Source: Bugula neritina
Lineage: Eukaryota; Animalia; Bryozoa
Reading direction: 5' to 3'
Length of the DNA: 64,000 nucleotides
Assembly (NCBI GenBank): GCA_964035545.1
Contig: OZ037769.1
Location: 17,266,633-17,330,632 of the forward strand
Shown in pieces: positions 13,538-27,095 of this stretch (the stretch's first letter is position 1; each line of letters opens with the position of its first letter). The notes beneath the pieces were generated by a model. That model was not told the origin of the DNA, searched no databases, and saw nothing but the letters and a program-made list of their open reading frames with translations. The position numbers were made by a program, and so were the translations under genes.

Positions 13538-14815
13538 TCACGCGTCATACGAGGACATTGCATCATCCGACAGATCACTGACAGCGTTGGTTATGGGAGT
13601 CATATACTGAGCGGGTTGACCCTCCATCTTTTCCTGGTACAAGTGGAAAGCGAATGCCAGACAGGAAGCGAGTTTACGGGCGCTCTTTGAAGAGTCACAC
13701 GCGTAGACATGACAGTCTAACTTCTTGCTGCGAGAAGACATTTCTCTCACCATGATGAAGCAGAATATGCGAGGAAAGTTCTGGTCCTGTGACCCATAGG
13801 AGATGAACTTGATGGGGATAGACACACTCTCAAACAGCTTCACTTTGTTACGCTTGTGAGGCACCATATGCAGCCCCTCCTCCGACACTTCCATCTTGAC
13901 GAGAGGCAAGTCAGAGCCCCTGGGCATCTGATTAACCACCTCCACAACCTCCTCCACCGGCCCCTGTATGTACTTAGCACCTCCGTAGCCCTTAGACGGC
14001 TTGCTACCCATGTACTTCACAATAAAAGTCTGTGGCAGAGTGGGGTACTGCTCACCGCCCCCGACTGTGTTTTGATTTTCATCAGATTTCTTTACAGGCT
14101 TGAAAATTTTTAATATCTTTGAACTTTTCTGGTTTTGAGACTTGTCGTCGAGAGGTTTAGGGTGCGACAGCACTCCTTCTTCGGCAGCATAGACGTCCTG
14201 CAGTCTGTACTGCTGACCTTTGCCGAGGGTTGTCTGAATTTCTTGATCACGCAATTTAGGTTTGGGTTTTACAGTTTTCTCTCGAGGTCTGGGGCTAGGA
14301 TCATTGCCTACAACATTGAACAACCTCAGTATGCCTTGAGCCAAAGCTATCCCTCTCAGACTACCTGAGTACACACCTAGACTACCTGAGTATACACCTA
14401 GACTACCTGAGTACATACCTAGACTACCTGAACCACTGTCTCTACTAGAACCGCTGAGACGTCTCTTCACCTTCTTGTCCTTGTAACTCTCCTCTGAGGT
14501 CACCGAGTAGGTCTCGCTCTTCTCCAGAGCTTCCGTCTCTTCGTACGACAGAACCGGTACGTCTGCATCCACCACTATTGACCTTCTCGCCTGCAAAGGT
14601 CAGCATACTAGCCTGTGTACCTACTACTACTAGTACTACTACTATTACTACTGCTAATACTACTACAACAACTACTACTACTACTACTACTACTACTGCT
14701 ACTACCACTACTACTGCTACTACTACTATTACTACCACTGCTACTACCACTACTACTGCTACTATTACTGTTACTACCACTACTACTACTACTACCGCTA
14801 CCGCTACCGCTACCG

Positions 14816-14855
<40 letters not shown>

Positions 14856-16194
14856 CACTACTACTACTTAGAGATGAGACAACTGCCAGTTAGTACAGAG
14901 TAGACAGAGGAAATAGTCGCAGAGTACTACTGACTAGAAGATGTTTACTCAGAGTGAATATGCTAACAGATTACTAGATGCAGTTTTGTGATAATCTGCA
15001 AGTGATAGCCACTTCACTGAATTGTCAATACAATACACATTATTAGAGTAGTGTTGATAGAATAGCAGTGTTGAATGGCTGAGAAGTATTGTATATTAGT
15101 AAAAGTGTTATATAATACATTAGTAATATTAGTAAAGGAATGTATAATATATAATCATAGCAAACACACTCTTATAGTAACTACTCTGTATCCCTCCACC
15201 TCTCTTCTACAATTAGCCCCTCACAGTTTATAGTAGCTATGATCCACCCCCTGACTATTCATGGTAAATTTGATCCACCCCCTCTGTGCAGACTAGTACG
15301 TCATAAACTAACTTATGACTCACGAATATTACGACCTTGAGCTATCCTGAGTGAATTCTGGTTGGTCTGAAGGCCCCCTCCCCCCTAACATCAACTGACG
15401 GAGTGTTCTACTAGTTAGTAGTGACTGTGTGTTCTACTAGTTAGTAGTGACTGAGTGTTCTACTAGTTAGTAGTGACTGTGTGTTCTACTAGTTAGTAAT
15501 GACTGTGTGTTCTACTAGTTAGTACTGACTGTGTGTTCTACTAGTTAGTAGTGACAGAGTGTTCTACTAGTTAGTACTGACTGTGTGTTCTACTAGTTAG
15601 TAGTGACTGTGTGTTCTACTAGTTAGTAGTGACTGAGTGTTCTACTAGTTAGTAGTGACAGAGTGTTCTACTAGTTAGTACTGACTGTGTGTTCTACTAG
15701 TTAGTACTGACTGTGTGTTCTACTAGTTAGTAGTGACAGAGTGTTCTACTAGTTAGTACTGACTGTGTGTTCTACTAGTTAGTAGTGACTGTGTGTTCTA
15801 CTAGTTAGTAATGACTGTGTGTTCTACTAGTTAGTAGTGACTGAGTGTTCTACTAGTTAGTAGTGACTGTGTGTTCTACTAGTTAGTAATGACTGTGTGT
15901 TCTACTAGTTAGTACTGACTGTGTGTTCTACTAGTTAGTAGTGACAGAGTGTTCTACTAGTTATTAGTGACTGTGTGTTCTACTAGTTATTAGTGACCGA
16001 GTGTTCTACTAGTTATTAGTGACTGAGTGTTCTACTAGTTATTAGTGACAGTGTATTAGTACCTTTAATCTCTCTCGCTTCAGAGTGCCGATGTGCAGTC
16101 TGTCTATGATGTCATCAAGGTCATGGGGGTCAGCACTAGCCGACACACGCGCTGCTGCCTCATGATTCGTACTCTTCTTATGAGACGCTGCCAT
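13538..16194 (-). CDS. PTB/PID-domain adaptor protein (LDLRAP1/FAM43/GULP-like fold), 2 coding exons
   Basis: Exon 16063-16194 (MAASHKK..RERLK) joins in phase 0 to exon 13538-14590. PTB motifs: FIVKYMGS, ISYGSQDQNFPRIFCFI, LDCHVYACDS..ARKLASCLAFAF. Confidence 0.8.
14622..14868. repeat. (ACT)n trinucleotide microsatellite
   Basis: Degenerate actactact run in the PTB-gene intron; it produces the poly-T/V/L ORF artefacts. Confidence 0.95.
15402..16055. repeat. 26-bp minisatellite, about 25 copies
   Basis: Unit gtgttctactagttagtagtgactg(t/a). Confidence 0.95.
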
Positions 16195-17269
16195 GTCAGC
16201 CTGCTAACAGCGAGAAGAGTTGCCATGACTACCAGTGTAAACAACTCTGGGAGGTGTATAGGTTGTTCAGACAATAGAGCCAGTAGCTTCATATAAATAC
16301 TACGATACTGAGTGAGAATGCCTGCACTTGCTGAGTAGACCAATAAAGACAGATAAGCTGATAAGTCGTACTACAGACTACACTAATTCCGTCACTTTAA
16401 CAGACCTTCTCACACAACAGTACCTCTGCCACTGATTGAGATAGTACTATCAGCATACTCCTACAGCCGGTGGGAGGCCACAGTGCTGTTTAAGGTACAC
16501 ACTAGCCCCTATCTCTACAACCTGGACCAGGTTATACAGCATAAGTTATTAGTATTGAAGTTATATATTTACCTTGAGACATGGTGACTAGAGAGTAGAG
16601 AGTGAGATGTGGGTGTAGCTCAAGTTGAGAAAAGAACCTCCAAGGCAAGAGAACACAGCTTGCAGTAATAGATTTATTTCTTATTCAGACTAACAATGTT
16701 GATTTGTCTGGTTAGGAGCATCAATATGGCAGCTGTGTAGTGAGTAGAGTGAGTCAAGGTGACTGTTAGTATGTAGTATCTAGTATCTAGTCAGTAGAGT
16801 GAGTCAAGGTGACTGTTAGTATGTAGTGTCTAGTATCTAGTCAGTAGAGTGAGGCAAGGTGACTGTTAGTATGTAGTGTCTAGTACCTAGTCAGTACCTT
16901 ACAGTAAGAGTTCAGTCAGTAGAGTGAGTGAGAGAGTCACGCCAGCTCCTAGCTCCTTCCACTGATGTAATAATACTATACATGCCGTATCTTATTATGA
17001 TCATAGTTGACTGAGCAAACACAAAAGCCACTTTGCACCTATTGAATAAGAAGGGTGGGGACTCCCTATACAACAATACCAACGACAACAACCACCACGC
17101 TAACCTTCAACTACAATGCAGCAATTATTTCAAATATTTGCATCGAAAGACAGGTTATAAAAACAGTAGCTGATTGAGAAAGCTTCACTGCATTGAAACC
17201 ATGTAAATAAGTATTGTGTAGGCGAATTTTGGGATGGTATTATGTAATATATGTGTTCATGTTTGCATA

Positions 17270-18075
17270 CACAGTATATCACACAAAATATTACATAGTA
17301 TATTATACAGTATATTACACAGTATATTATACAGTAAAATATTATACAGTATATTACACAGTATATTATACAGTATAATATTATACAGTATATTACACAG
17401 TATATTATACAGTATATTATACAGTATATTATACAGTATATTATATCAGTATATTATACAGTATATTATACAGTATAATATACAGCATAATATACAGTAT
17501 ATTATACAGTATATTACACAGTATATTACACAGTATATTATACAGTATATTATACAGTATATTACACAGTATATTACACAGTATATTACACAGTATATTA
17601 TACAGTATAATATACAGCATAATATACAGTATATTATACAGTATATTATACAGTATATTATACTGTATATTATACTGTATAATATACTGTATAATATACT
17701 GTGTAATATACTGTGTAATATACTGTATAATATACTGTATAATATACTGTGTAATATACTGTGTAATATACTGTATAATATACTGTATATTATGCTGTAT
17801 ATTATACTGTATAATATACTGTATAATATACTGATATAATATACTGTATAATATACTGTATAATATACAGTATATTATACAGTATATTACACAGTATATT
17901 ATACAGTATATTATACAGTATATTACACAGTATATCATACAGTATATTATACAGTATATTACACAGTATATTATACAGTATATTACACAGTATATTATAC
18001 AGTATATTATACAGTATATTACACAGTATATTATACAGTATATTACACAGTATATTATACAGTATATTATACTGT
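17270..18075. repeat. 12-bp satellite (cagtatattata)n with an internal inverted segment
   Basis: Orientation switches near 17660 and switches back near 17868. Confidence 0.9.
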
Positions 18076-19328
18076 ATACAACAGAGCTGAGAATACCTTC
18101 AGCTTCAAGGACTCAATGAAAGTGAGTGTTGCAAATGGATAGATATGACATACTCAATACTCTATACTCTATAGTCTACAGTCTATACCACATACTCTAT
18201 ACTCTATACCACATAGTCTATAGTCTATGGTACATACTCTATATTCTATACAATTTCTTCTGTTGTCCAATCACAGCTGGTCTTACATCATAAACTAGCC
18301 AATTAGCTTTATTTCCACCACAACCCACGGCTAAAACATTTCATTCAACAAAGTTGACCCACTTTTTAAAAAGGGATAGAGGCAGATAAAAACAGCAATA
18401 TATATAATATGACTATATACTCTACATACTGTTAGAATATGACTGTATACTATACATACTGTTATAATATGACTGTATACTCTACACACTGTTAGAATAT
18501 GACTGTATACTCTACATACTGTTAGAATATGACTATATATTCTACACATTGTTATAATATGACTGTATACGCTACGTACTGTTATATGACTACATTATAA
18601 TTTACATACACAATGCAATGAGTCTCCTATTTTCTATATGAAATAGAGTAGTTTATTTACGCCTAATTTATCTCGAAGAACTAAACATATCACGTAACAT
18701 TACAAGGCTCACATTATAGCAGTATACGCCCCAGCATGCATAGCTCTAGTACACAATACCGTACCATCATATACTGCATAGCTCTAGTACACAATACCGT
18801 ACCATCATATACTGCATAGCTCTAGTACACAATACCGTACCATCATATAATGCATAGCTCTAGTACACAATACCGTACCATCATATACTTTATTCCCACA
18901 GCAATGGTGAGTTTGAAGCCTAATAAAGTTATAAATACTCTCGGAATGAAAAGGGCAGAATGTTCTCACATCAGACTTATGTATTTCACACTCAATGTTA
19001 CTAGAGAGGATTATTTAGTCTGAAGATCTTACTGATCATTTTCCCATTGACTTGATACTTTGATAAACTTTCAACAGCAGCACACAACAAAGAGCAACAA
19101 GTAAAACTAATCTTGGAAAATTATTTCTTGCTGAAGTGAAAAGAAAATGAGCTGTTTGTTAACTAAACAACGAGCAGTAAATTAATTGGCATACAAAATG
19201 TATTATTGAACTGAGAAATTTATTTTTTTCAAAAATGCATTTGTAGAAAATCAAAGATAAAAAGAAACGTTTTCAACTGAAACCATCGGAATAAAAGTGG
19301 AAAAGTTTAACATCCTGTGAGCACTTGA

Positions 19329-21143
19329 CTACCGGGAGAGACTTCTGTTTGCTTCATTATAAGTGAAATATGCAGCATCCCCGAAGGCAGAGGACCTGGC
19401 GCGGCCGGATCGAGGTTGAGATATGCTCGACATCGGATATATGCTCCGCTGTCTCTTTCTCGCATTCTCCAACTTAACTTTGGTGTAGAACACTGCGCCT
19501 AGGATGAATATCAAGAAGCTGGACAGAATGATGATGACTTTAATCCAGCCACCATACAGCTGGGACCACGACAGCTGCACACCCGGGGTTGAAACGACCT
19601 TCTGCCGAGGTTTGTACGTAATATTGCAGTTCCGCTGCAGAGAGTTTTTAAAAGTGTATAATTTCGTTCTGGAGACACACTCTCCATATTGACACCATCT
19701 ACCATCAAACCCACAGGCCACACCGTTCAAGGCCGGCAGACCCTTTTTAATAGCGCAGTCATCCTTTATCTTTGTATTTGAGCAAAACACACCTTTACAA
19801 AAGCCGATACCCTCGGTGTCAAACTGGCTCCTGGCACAAGCCTTGAAGTGAGCGCCCTCTGTCAGTCTGCAGTAGTCATCAATAGTCACGAGCTGACCTA
19901 ATTGCATGCTCTTATACGCTGCCAAAGACAGGATACTGCTGTTAGCTGGTCTCCGCTGTAAACAGCTCTCTCGCTTCATTATGTAATACATCTGAGCAAG
20001 GCTGCAGCACGAGAAGACAAATGAAAACTCTGGATTATTTTTATTGAATGTTTTTCCCATTAGCATGTCCACAGTTGACCCGCAATCAATAAACAGACCG
20101 TCATGTTCAGACCCAAATATATGGCCCAACTCGTGTATCAGCGTGAAGAACGAGGAATATCCAAATCTCTCCTCGATTACGGCTACCGCAGTGCGACCGC
20201 ATACACTATGCGGAAATGCCCCTCCGATGGTGCGCTGCCCGCTCTTCCCTGCAAGGTCATGTGCCACAAAGGTCACCGATGCTGCAATGTTGTTGTAGTT
20301 AGAGGATACAGATTTAGTTAAGGATATAGCATACTGTGCAGCTTTAGAAATGGGCAATGTTGGCACACCATTCTTCAACTGAACAAATTGATCAAAATAC
20401 GAGCTATTACCATCCTTTGAGATGACCAAGATGTCTACAACAGATACATCTATAGTCATCCCGTCGTGATCAATGTCCAGGAAGAGTTGCTGGTTGGCCG
20501 ACATGACATTCATATAGTAATCTCTTACTTGGTCACACAGATTCTCAGTGTTGATTTCTTGGTGACAGCAAGTGGGCCACTGCCTCTTACAATGTTCTTC
20601 AACCGTGGTGCTGTCAATCATGACCAACACAGGAACATAGAAATCCCGGTGCGAACCACCTCCTTGCTCCGCAATAGACATGTGGGGTGGATAGCGAATA
20701 GATCGATGTCTTCTACTAGACGCATCTTCAACTCGGTCAATGAAATGGCCGTCCACTGTACTTTTGTGCACAGAAGTTTCAGTTATATTACAGAGGTCCT
20801 GCATGCATACTACTTCCAAAATAGAATTCGTGTCTGATACGAAAAAGCCAGTAACCGTTACACCATTGTCACTCTGACGTATCGCAAGGAAAGTGTGACG
20901 ACGATCATCCCGACAATAATGCACTGCGTCCTTCGAACTTCCTTTAGAATAAACGATGGTGCGAATAGTTTCATCTGCATTCACAGCTTCAAAAGTCAGC
21001 AGAAATATCTGAGTCTCACTGTCAGCTACGTTTTTGGATATTCTTTGAAGAAAATACTTGTAGAGAGAGCCGAGTGCCAAGCCATGCTGGATTTGTAACA
21101 ACATTAGAACTGATAACCAACTTCTACCTCCCACAGACTTCAT
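19329..21143 (-). CDS. Intronless M12B (reprolysin) zinc metalloprotease with an ADAMTS-type disintegrin-like domain and a transmembrane anchor
   Basis: Signal peptide MKSVGGRSWLSVLMLLQIQHGLALG; furin-like site RRHR; zinc motif HELGHIFGSEHD with a downstream LM Met-turn; Cys-rich YCRL..NGVACGFDGRWCQYGECV; TM segment WIKVIIILSSFLIFILGAVFY; basic cytoplasmic tail. Confidence 0.88.
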   Translation of the reverse strand: MKSVGGRSWLSVLMLLQIQHGLALGSLYKYFLQRISKNVADSETQIFLLTFEAVNADETIRTIVYSKGSSKDAVHYCRDDRRHTFLAIRQSDNGVTVTGFFVSDTNSILEVVCMQDLCNITETSVHKSTVDGHFIDRVEDASSRRHRSIRYPPHMSIAEQGGGSHRDFYVPVLVMIDSTTVEEHCKRQWPTCCHQEINTENLCDQVRDYYMNVMSANQQLFLDIDHDGMTIDVSVVDILVISKDGNSSYFDQFVQLKNGVPTLPISKAAQYAISLTKSVSSNYNNIAASVTFVAHDLAGKSGQRTIGGAFPHSVCGRTAVAVIEERFGYSSFFTLIHELGHIFGSEHDGLFIDCGSTVDMLMGKTFNKNNPEFSFVFSCCSLAQMYYIMKRESCLQRRPANSSILSLAAYKSMQLGQLVTIDDYCRLTEGAHFKACARSQFDTEGIGFCKGVFCSNTKIKDDCAIKKGLPALNGVACGFDGRWCQYGECVSRTKLYTFKNSLQRNCNITYKPRQKVVSTPGVQLSWSQLYGGWIKVIIILSSFLIFILGAVFYTKVKLENARKRQRSIYPMSSISQPRSGRARSSAFGDAAYFTYNEANRSLSR

Positions 21144-21416
21144 AATCTTATATCCACATAGAATTTCTAAATAGAAGAGTGTTGCAGGGGCGCACTGAAA
21201 TGCGATAGTCAAACCCAACAATGCCCTAATTTATCTGACATTCCTAAAATACCTATTGCACCAACAGTTTTTTGAGATTACATATTTTATTGTACCAACA
21301 GTCTTATGAGATTACTTATTTTCTTAGTCTAGATTTTAAATACCTTCCCCTAACTCTCAACTGGTCAAAACCCTAAGGCTAAGATTGTTTACATGTGCTG
21401 GAGTGAAGGAAAACAA

Positions 21417-24040
21417 TAGAGTTATGTATAGAGTTATGTATAGAGTTATATATATAAAGTTATATATATAGAGTTATATATATAGAGTTATATATAGAGT
21501 TATATATAGAGTTATATGTATAGAGTTATATATAGAGTTATATGTATAGAGTTATATATAGAGTTATGTATATAGTTATATATAGAGTTATGTATAGAGT
21601 TATGTATAGAGTTATATATAGAGTTATGTATAGAGTTATATATATATAGAGTTATATATAGAGTTATATATAGAGTTATATATAGAGTTATATATAGAGT
21701 TATATATAGAGTTATATATAGAGTTATATGTATAGAGTTATATATATAGAGTTATATATAGAGTTATATGTATAGAGTTATATATAGAGTTATGTATATA
21801 GTTATATATAGAGTTATGTATAGAGTTATGTATAGAGTTATATATAGAGTTATATATATAGAGTTATGTATAGAGTTATATGTATAGAGTTATATATATA
21901 GTTATATATATAGAGTTATATACAGAGTTATATATAGAGTTATGTATAGAGTTATATATAGAGTTATATATAGAGTTATGTATAGAGTTATATATAGAGT
22001 TATGTATAGAGTTATATGTATAGAGTTATATATAGAGTTATATATATAGAGTTATATATATAGAGTTATATATAGAGTTATATATAGAGTTATATGTATA
22101 GAGTTATATAATATATAGAGTTATATATAGAGTTATATATAGAGTTATATATAGAGTTATGTATAGAGTTATATATAGAGTTATATATAGAGTTATGTAT
22201 AGAGTTATGTATAGAGTTATATATAGAGTTATATATATATAGAGTTATATATATAGAGTTATATATATAGAGTTATATACAGAGTTATATGTATAGAGTT
22301 ATATATAGAGTTATATATAGAGTTATATGTATAGAGTTATATAATATATAGAGTTATATATAGAGTTATATATAGAGTTATATATAGAGTTATATATAGA
22401 GTTATATATAGAGTTATATATAGAGTAATGTATAGAGTTATATATAGAGTTATATATAGAGTTATGTATAGAGTTATGTATAGAGTTATATATAGAGTTA
22501 TATATATAGAGTTATATATATAGAGTTATATACAGAGTTATATGTATAGAGTTATATATAGAGTTATATATAGAGTTATATGTATAGAGTTATATAATAT
22601 ATAGAGTTATATATAGAGTTATATACAGAGTTATATGTATAGAGTTATGTATAGAGTTATATATAGAGTTATGTATAGAGTTATATATAGAGTTATATAT
22701 ATAGAGTTATATATATAGAGTTATATACAGAGTTATATGTATAGAGTTATATATAGAGTTATATATAGAGTTATGTATAGAGTTATATATAGAGTTATGT
22801 ATAGAGTTATGTATAGAGTTATATATAGAGTTATATATAGAGTTATGTATAGAGTTATATATATATAGAGTTATATATAGAGTTATATATAGAGTTATAT
22901 ATAGAGTTATGTATAGAGTTATATATAGAGTTATATATAGAGTTATATGTATAGAGTTATGTATAGAGTTATATATAGAGTTATATATATAGAGTTATAT
23001 ATATAGAGTTATATATATAGAGTTATATACAGAGTTATATGTATAGAGTTATATATAGAGTTATATATAGAGTTATATGTATAGAGTTATATAATATATA
23101 GAGTTATATATAGAGTTATATATAGAGTTATATATAGAGTTATATATAGAGTTATATATAGAGTTATATATAGAGTTATGTATAGAGTTATATATAGAGT
23201 TATATATAGAGTTATGTATAGAGTTATGTATAGAGTTATATATAGAGTTATATATATAGAGTTATATACAGAGTTATATGTATAGAGTTATATATAGAGT
23301 TATATATAGAGTTATATGTATAGAGTTATATAATATATAGAGTTATATACAGAGTTATATGTATAGAGTTATATATAGAGTTATATATAGAGTTATATGT
23401 ATAGAGTTATATAATATATAGAGTTATATATAGAGTTATATATAGAGTTATATATAGAGTTATATATAGAGTTATATATAGAGTTATGTATAGAGTTATA
23501 TATAGAGTTATATATAGAGTTATGTATAGAGTTATGTATAGAGTTATATATAGAGTTATATATATAGAGTTATATATATAGAGTTATATACAGAGTTATA
23601 TGTATAGAGTTATATATAGAGTTATATGTATAGAGTTATATAATATATAGAGTTATATATAGAGTTATATATAGAGTTATGTATAGAGTTATATATAGAG
23701 TTATGTATAGAGTTATATATAGAGTTATATATATAGAGTTATATATATAGAGTTATATACAGAGTTATATGTATAGAGTTATATATAGAGTTATATATAG
23801 AGTTATGTATAGAGTTATATATAGAGTTATGTATAGAGTTATATATAGAGTTATATATATAGTTATATATAGAGTTATATATAGAGTTATATATAGAGTT
23901 ATGTATAGAGTTATGTATAGAGTTATATATAGAGTTATATACAGAGTTATATGTATAGAGTTATATATAGAGTTATATATATAGTTATATATAGAGTTAT
24001 ATATAGAGTTATATATATAGTTATATATAGAGTTATATAT
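21417..24040. repeat. 2.6-kb simple satellite (tatatagagtta)n
   Basis: Continuous 12-14-bp unit with tatg/tata variants. Confidence 0.97.
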
Positions 24041-24127
24041 ACACCCCAAGTACACTGAAGTGTGTGATGAGAGCTAGGAACTCACCGGTGGACTCTATTG
24101 GCAGCGTCAGCTTGACCTCTACAGACA

Positions 24128-25713
24128 TCAGAACCTGTCAGCAACACTCCGACTATACGAGACGTCTAGCTTGAGGAGAGACATCGCCTACGGAATATAT
24201 CGGTTAGCTGGTGTCAACATTAACAGCTACTCCATTTTCTCTCAGATAATTATATCAACAGGAATCACTAAAATCAACAGCTCAGAACTTTTACAATAGA
24301 GAAGATTTCAAAATGAGGCTCTGAATACAAGCAACAAACCTGCATGAATTTATTTTGGATTTTCTCGATTCGTTTGGTTAGATCTTCATCCATCAAATCC
24401 AGATGATGGGCGGAGCTGCAGAAATCGTCTAGCAACGTGTTTAAAGAGGAGACGACTCTGACTGCCCTGTATGTACATCATGTATTGTGTGAGAATATAG
24501 GCACCGTAATAATATCCGCACCACTGAGTGCTACTCTCAGTATGTTAACATACAATTTAGTTGCAGACACTAAAACCGAGAAGGAAGTAGTATGAGACGC
24601 TACCAAACAGACAGACACGAAGTTGAGTCTAATCTGGCTCTATAATTGGTTAGTATAAACTTAGTGATAGTCGGTGTAGGGGGGATGACTCACTAACCTC
24701 TTGGTGTAGAGCAGATTTGACGAGTCACTGTTCAACTCAGAGTTCATCTTCTCCTGTAGAAGGTCTATGAAGCCTTTGTAGAACCCAATCTATGAATAGA
24801 AATAGAAATATTATAGAGTAGATATAGTATAGTGTATAGAGTAGATATAGTATAGTATATAGAGTAGATATAGTATAGTGTATAGAGTAGATATAGTAGA
24901 GTGTATAGAGTAGATAGAGTATAGTGTATAGAGTAGATATAGTATAGTGTATAGAGTGGATATAGTATAGTGTACAGAGTAGATATAGTATAGTGTATAG
25001 AGTAGATATAGTATAGGGTATAAAGCTATGTAGTGATGGTGTAGATGCACACAAACCTCCTGGGCCAGTTCAAATCCCTTGCTAACACCCAGCCTAAATC
25101 CTTGCTCCACATTTTGCTTCTCTGCAATTTCTTTTCCTTCTTCTCGCCCAGTTTCATAATGACTAAAAAATTAGACAATATGTATAACACTTCTCAGATT
25201 TCTGCAGAAACGCAGGAAAAGGAGCAAAATCTTGATACACACAAATTGGAAAACTCTTTTAACTTTCTTTTATTTTCTGCCAAGCAACTTGTACTTGCAA
25301 GAAAAAATATATATCTCCGTATAATAATAAAAAAAGTGAATCGAAATGTTTCTATTTCTACTAAAATTTAAAGTGATTGATGAGTGATACTGATTGTGCG
25401 GTGAACATTTCACTCAGACACTCTGACTCTTACTCTTAGTGACCACCAACTTTGCGCTGCTTCAAGCAATTTTCGATGTGACAGTGATAGTCATACTCAT
25501 AGTCATAGTGAGTGCTCAGTCTTGCACTTTCGCTTTGCCTGTTGCGTTGGATTTAATTTTGATTTTCAATTTGAAGATGAATTTCTGGGCTCTTGCACAT
25601 TGTGATTGTCAGTGTGATTGTGACTGGACGTCTACGGCTACGAGTACGGGTACCTACCTATTTTCAGTCATAAATATTTCCTCTAATACAACGTTAACAT
25701 CTTTTTCTGCCAT
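24128..25713 (-). CDS. LTO1: LTO1/ORAOV1 (ABCE1 Fe-S maturation adaptor), 5 exons
   Basis: The spliced product reads MAEKDVNVVLEEIFMTENS-HYETGREEGKEIAEKQNVEQGFRLGVSKGFELAQE-IGFYKGF...-RIEKIQNKFMQ-AMSLL. It has the deca-GX3-type repeat and EIGFYKGF motif of the Yae1/Lto1 family. Confidence 0.85.
24812..25015. repeat. 22-bp intronic minisatellite
   Basis: Unit tagagtagatatagtatagtgta. Confidence 0.85.
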
Positions 25714-27095
25714 TTTATTTGCTAAAGTTAGTATAAATGCTTACAATTGAAAATAGTAAGAAAATCAATATTGTAATCAAAGAACGATCAAATTGAAGAT
25801 TATGAAATACATATAACAGTAACTTAGCCTTATAAGTTATAACTTATAAGTATAATAATAATAATGATGTTCTTTCGAATGAAAACTAAATGTAAACGAG
25901 AATAAAACCTATTTGAGTTGCTAAAATATCCCTGTTTCTAGTGAGTTGTGTCTTAAATTTGGAGGGGTGTACTAGAAACAAATAGGGCTGAATGGAAGAC
26001 AGCTTATAGCTAAAGAACATGCTATGGGAAAGAGAGAATAACTCTATTTCATTGCTACTGTCGCAGTCGGATTTTTTTTCAGTACTCGATGATATATTAT
26101 TCTGTTTATTGTTACACTTTGATTTAAATTAGCACAATACTCAACAGTACTTTAAAATAAAATTTTCTTTTGTATAATCAACTATTAAATATAGTGGTAA
26201 ATAATGTCGCTGAATTTGTGGTCCTGCTTATGATATGCAAGTTGGGCAATTTGCAAGCATTTACGATGACTGCATTAGCGGAAGCTTTGCAAGATTACTT
26301 GCCTGGGTTCTGAAAACATTTAGTTTTGAGGGTGGTGGTAACCAAAAGTAATAATAAATTGCCAATTGATAATATGTAGCACAGGCCAAGTGTAGTTGAG
26401 TTACAAGTTTGTTTCATCTCCAAAAAGTATTATATTTTCTTTGTCTTTCTCTGTTGATATTGCCATATAACATTGAAGACTGCGTTTAATTACTGAAGGG
26501 TGCTTTTGGTGTAACATTGTGACACAACAGGTTTCTAATATTCATCATGCTACCCTAAAAATAAAATAAAAATCAATCATTTTAGACTTGGTTGAAGTTT
26601 TTGTTTAGACTTGGATTTGAAGCTAGTAGTAGTTGTATATAATTTTATCAATATGAATATGAATATGAATGGTGTTATTAAATCGCTGCGAAGCAGTTTA
26701 ATTCTGTTATTTTATACTTTATAGTAATTTACAATTATAAATTTGGATTTAAATCTGTAAAAGTAAAACTTATAAGTTATAACTTATAGTTATAGTTATG
26801 AAATTGAATATAACTATAAGTATTAAAGTTCTTTAAGTTATAAATTAATCACTCACTTAGTCTGTCAGTGTCTACTATAAGTATTAGTAATATTGCTCTA
26901 GCTCAGTAATACTAATAGTGATACTAATACTATTACTGTAATAGCTAACTAATTAACTTTCAAATAAGCTGTTTCTTTCATCTTTTAGTTTTAGTTTTTG
27001 CTATATGAAACTAGGACGTTTAAGTATATTGTAGATTCAAGAATAATTTCACCACGAAGGCTCTCAACCAAATTAGCTCAAGTAGTAGTAGCAAG

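Noticed and set aside
14445-14893. Poly-Val, poly-Thr and poly-Leu ORFs
   Set aside because: Translations of an (ACT)n microsatellite inside an intron.
17234-17938. 201-aa and 165-aa Tyr/Ile-rich ORFs (similar ones at 4055-4361, 23765-24055, 24737-25110)
   Set aside because: Stop-free frames of simple repeats; apart from short real exon portions they have no coding signature.
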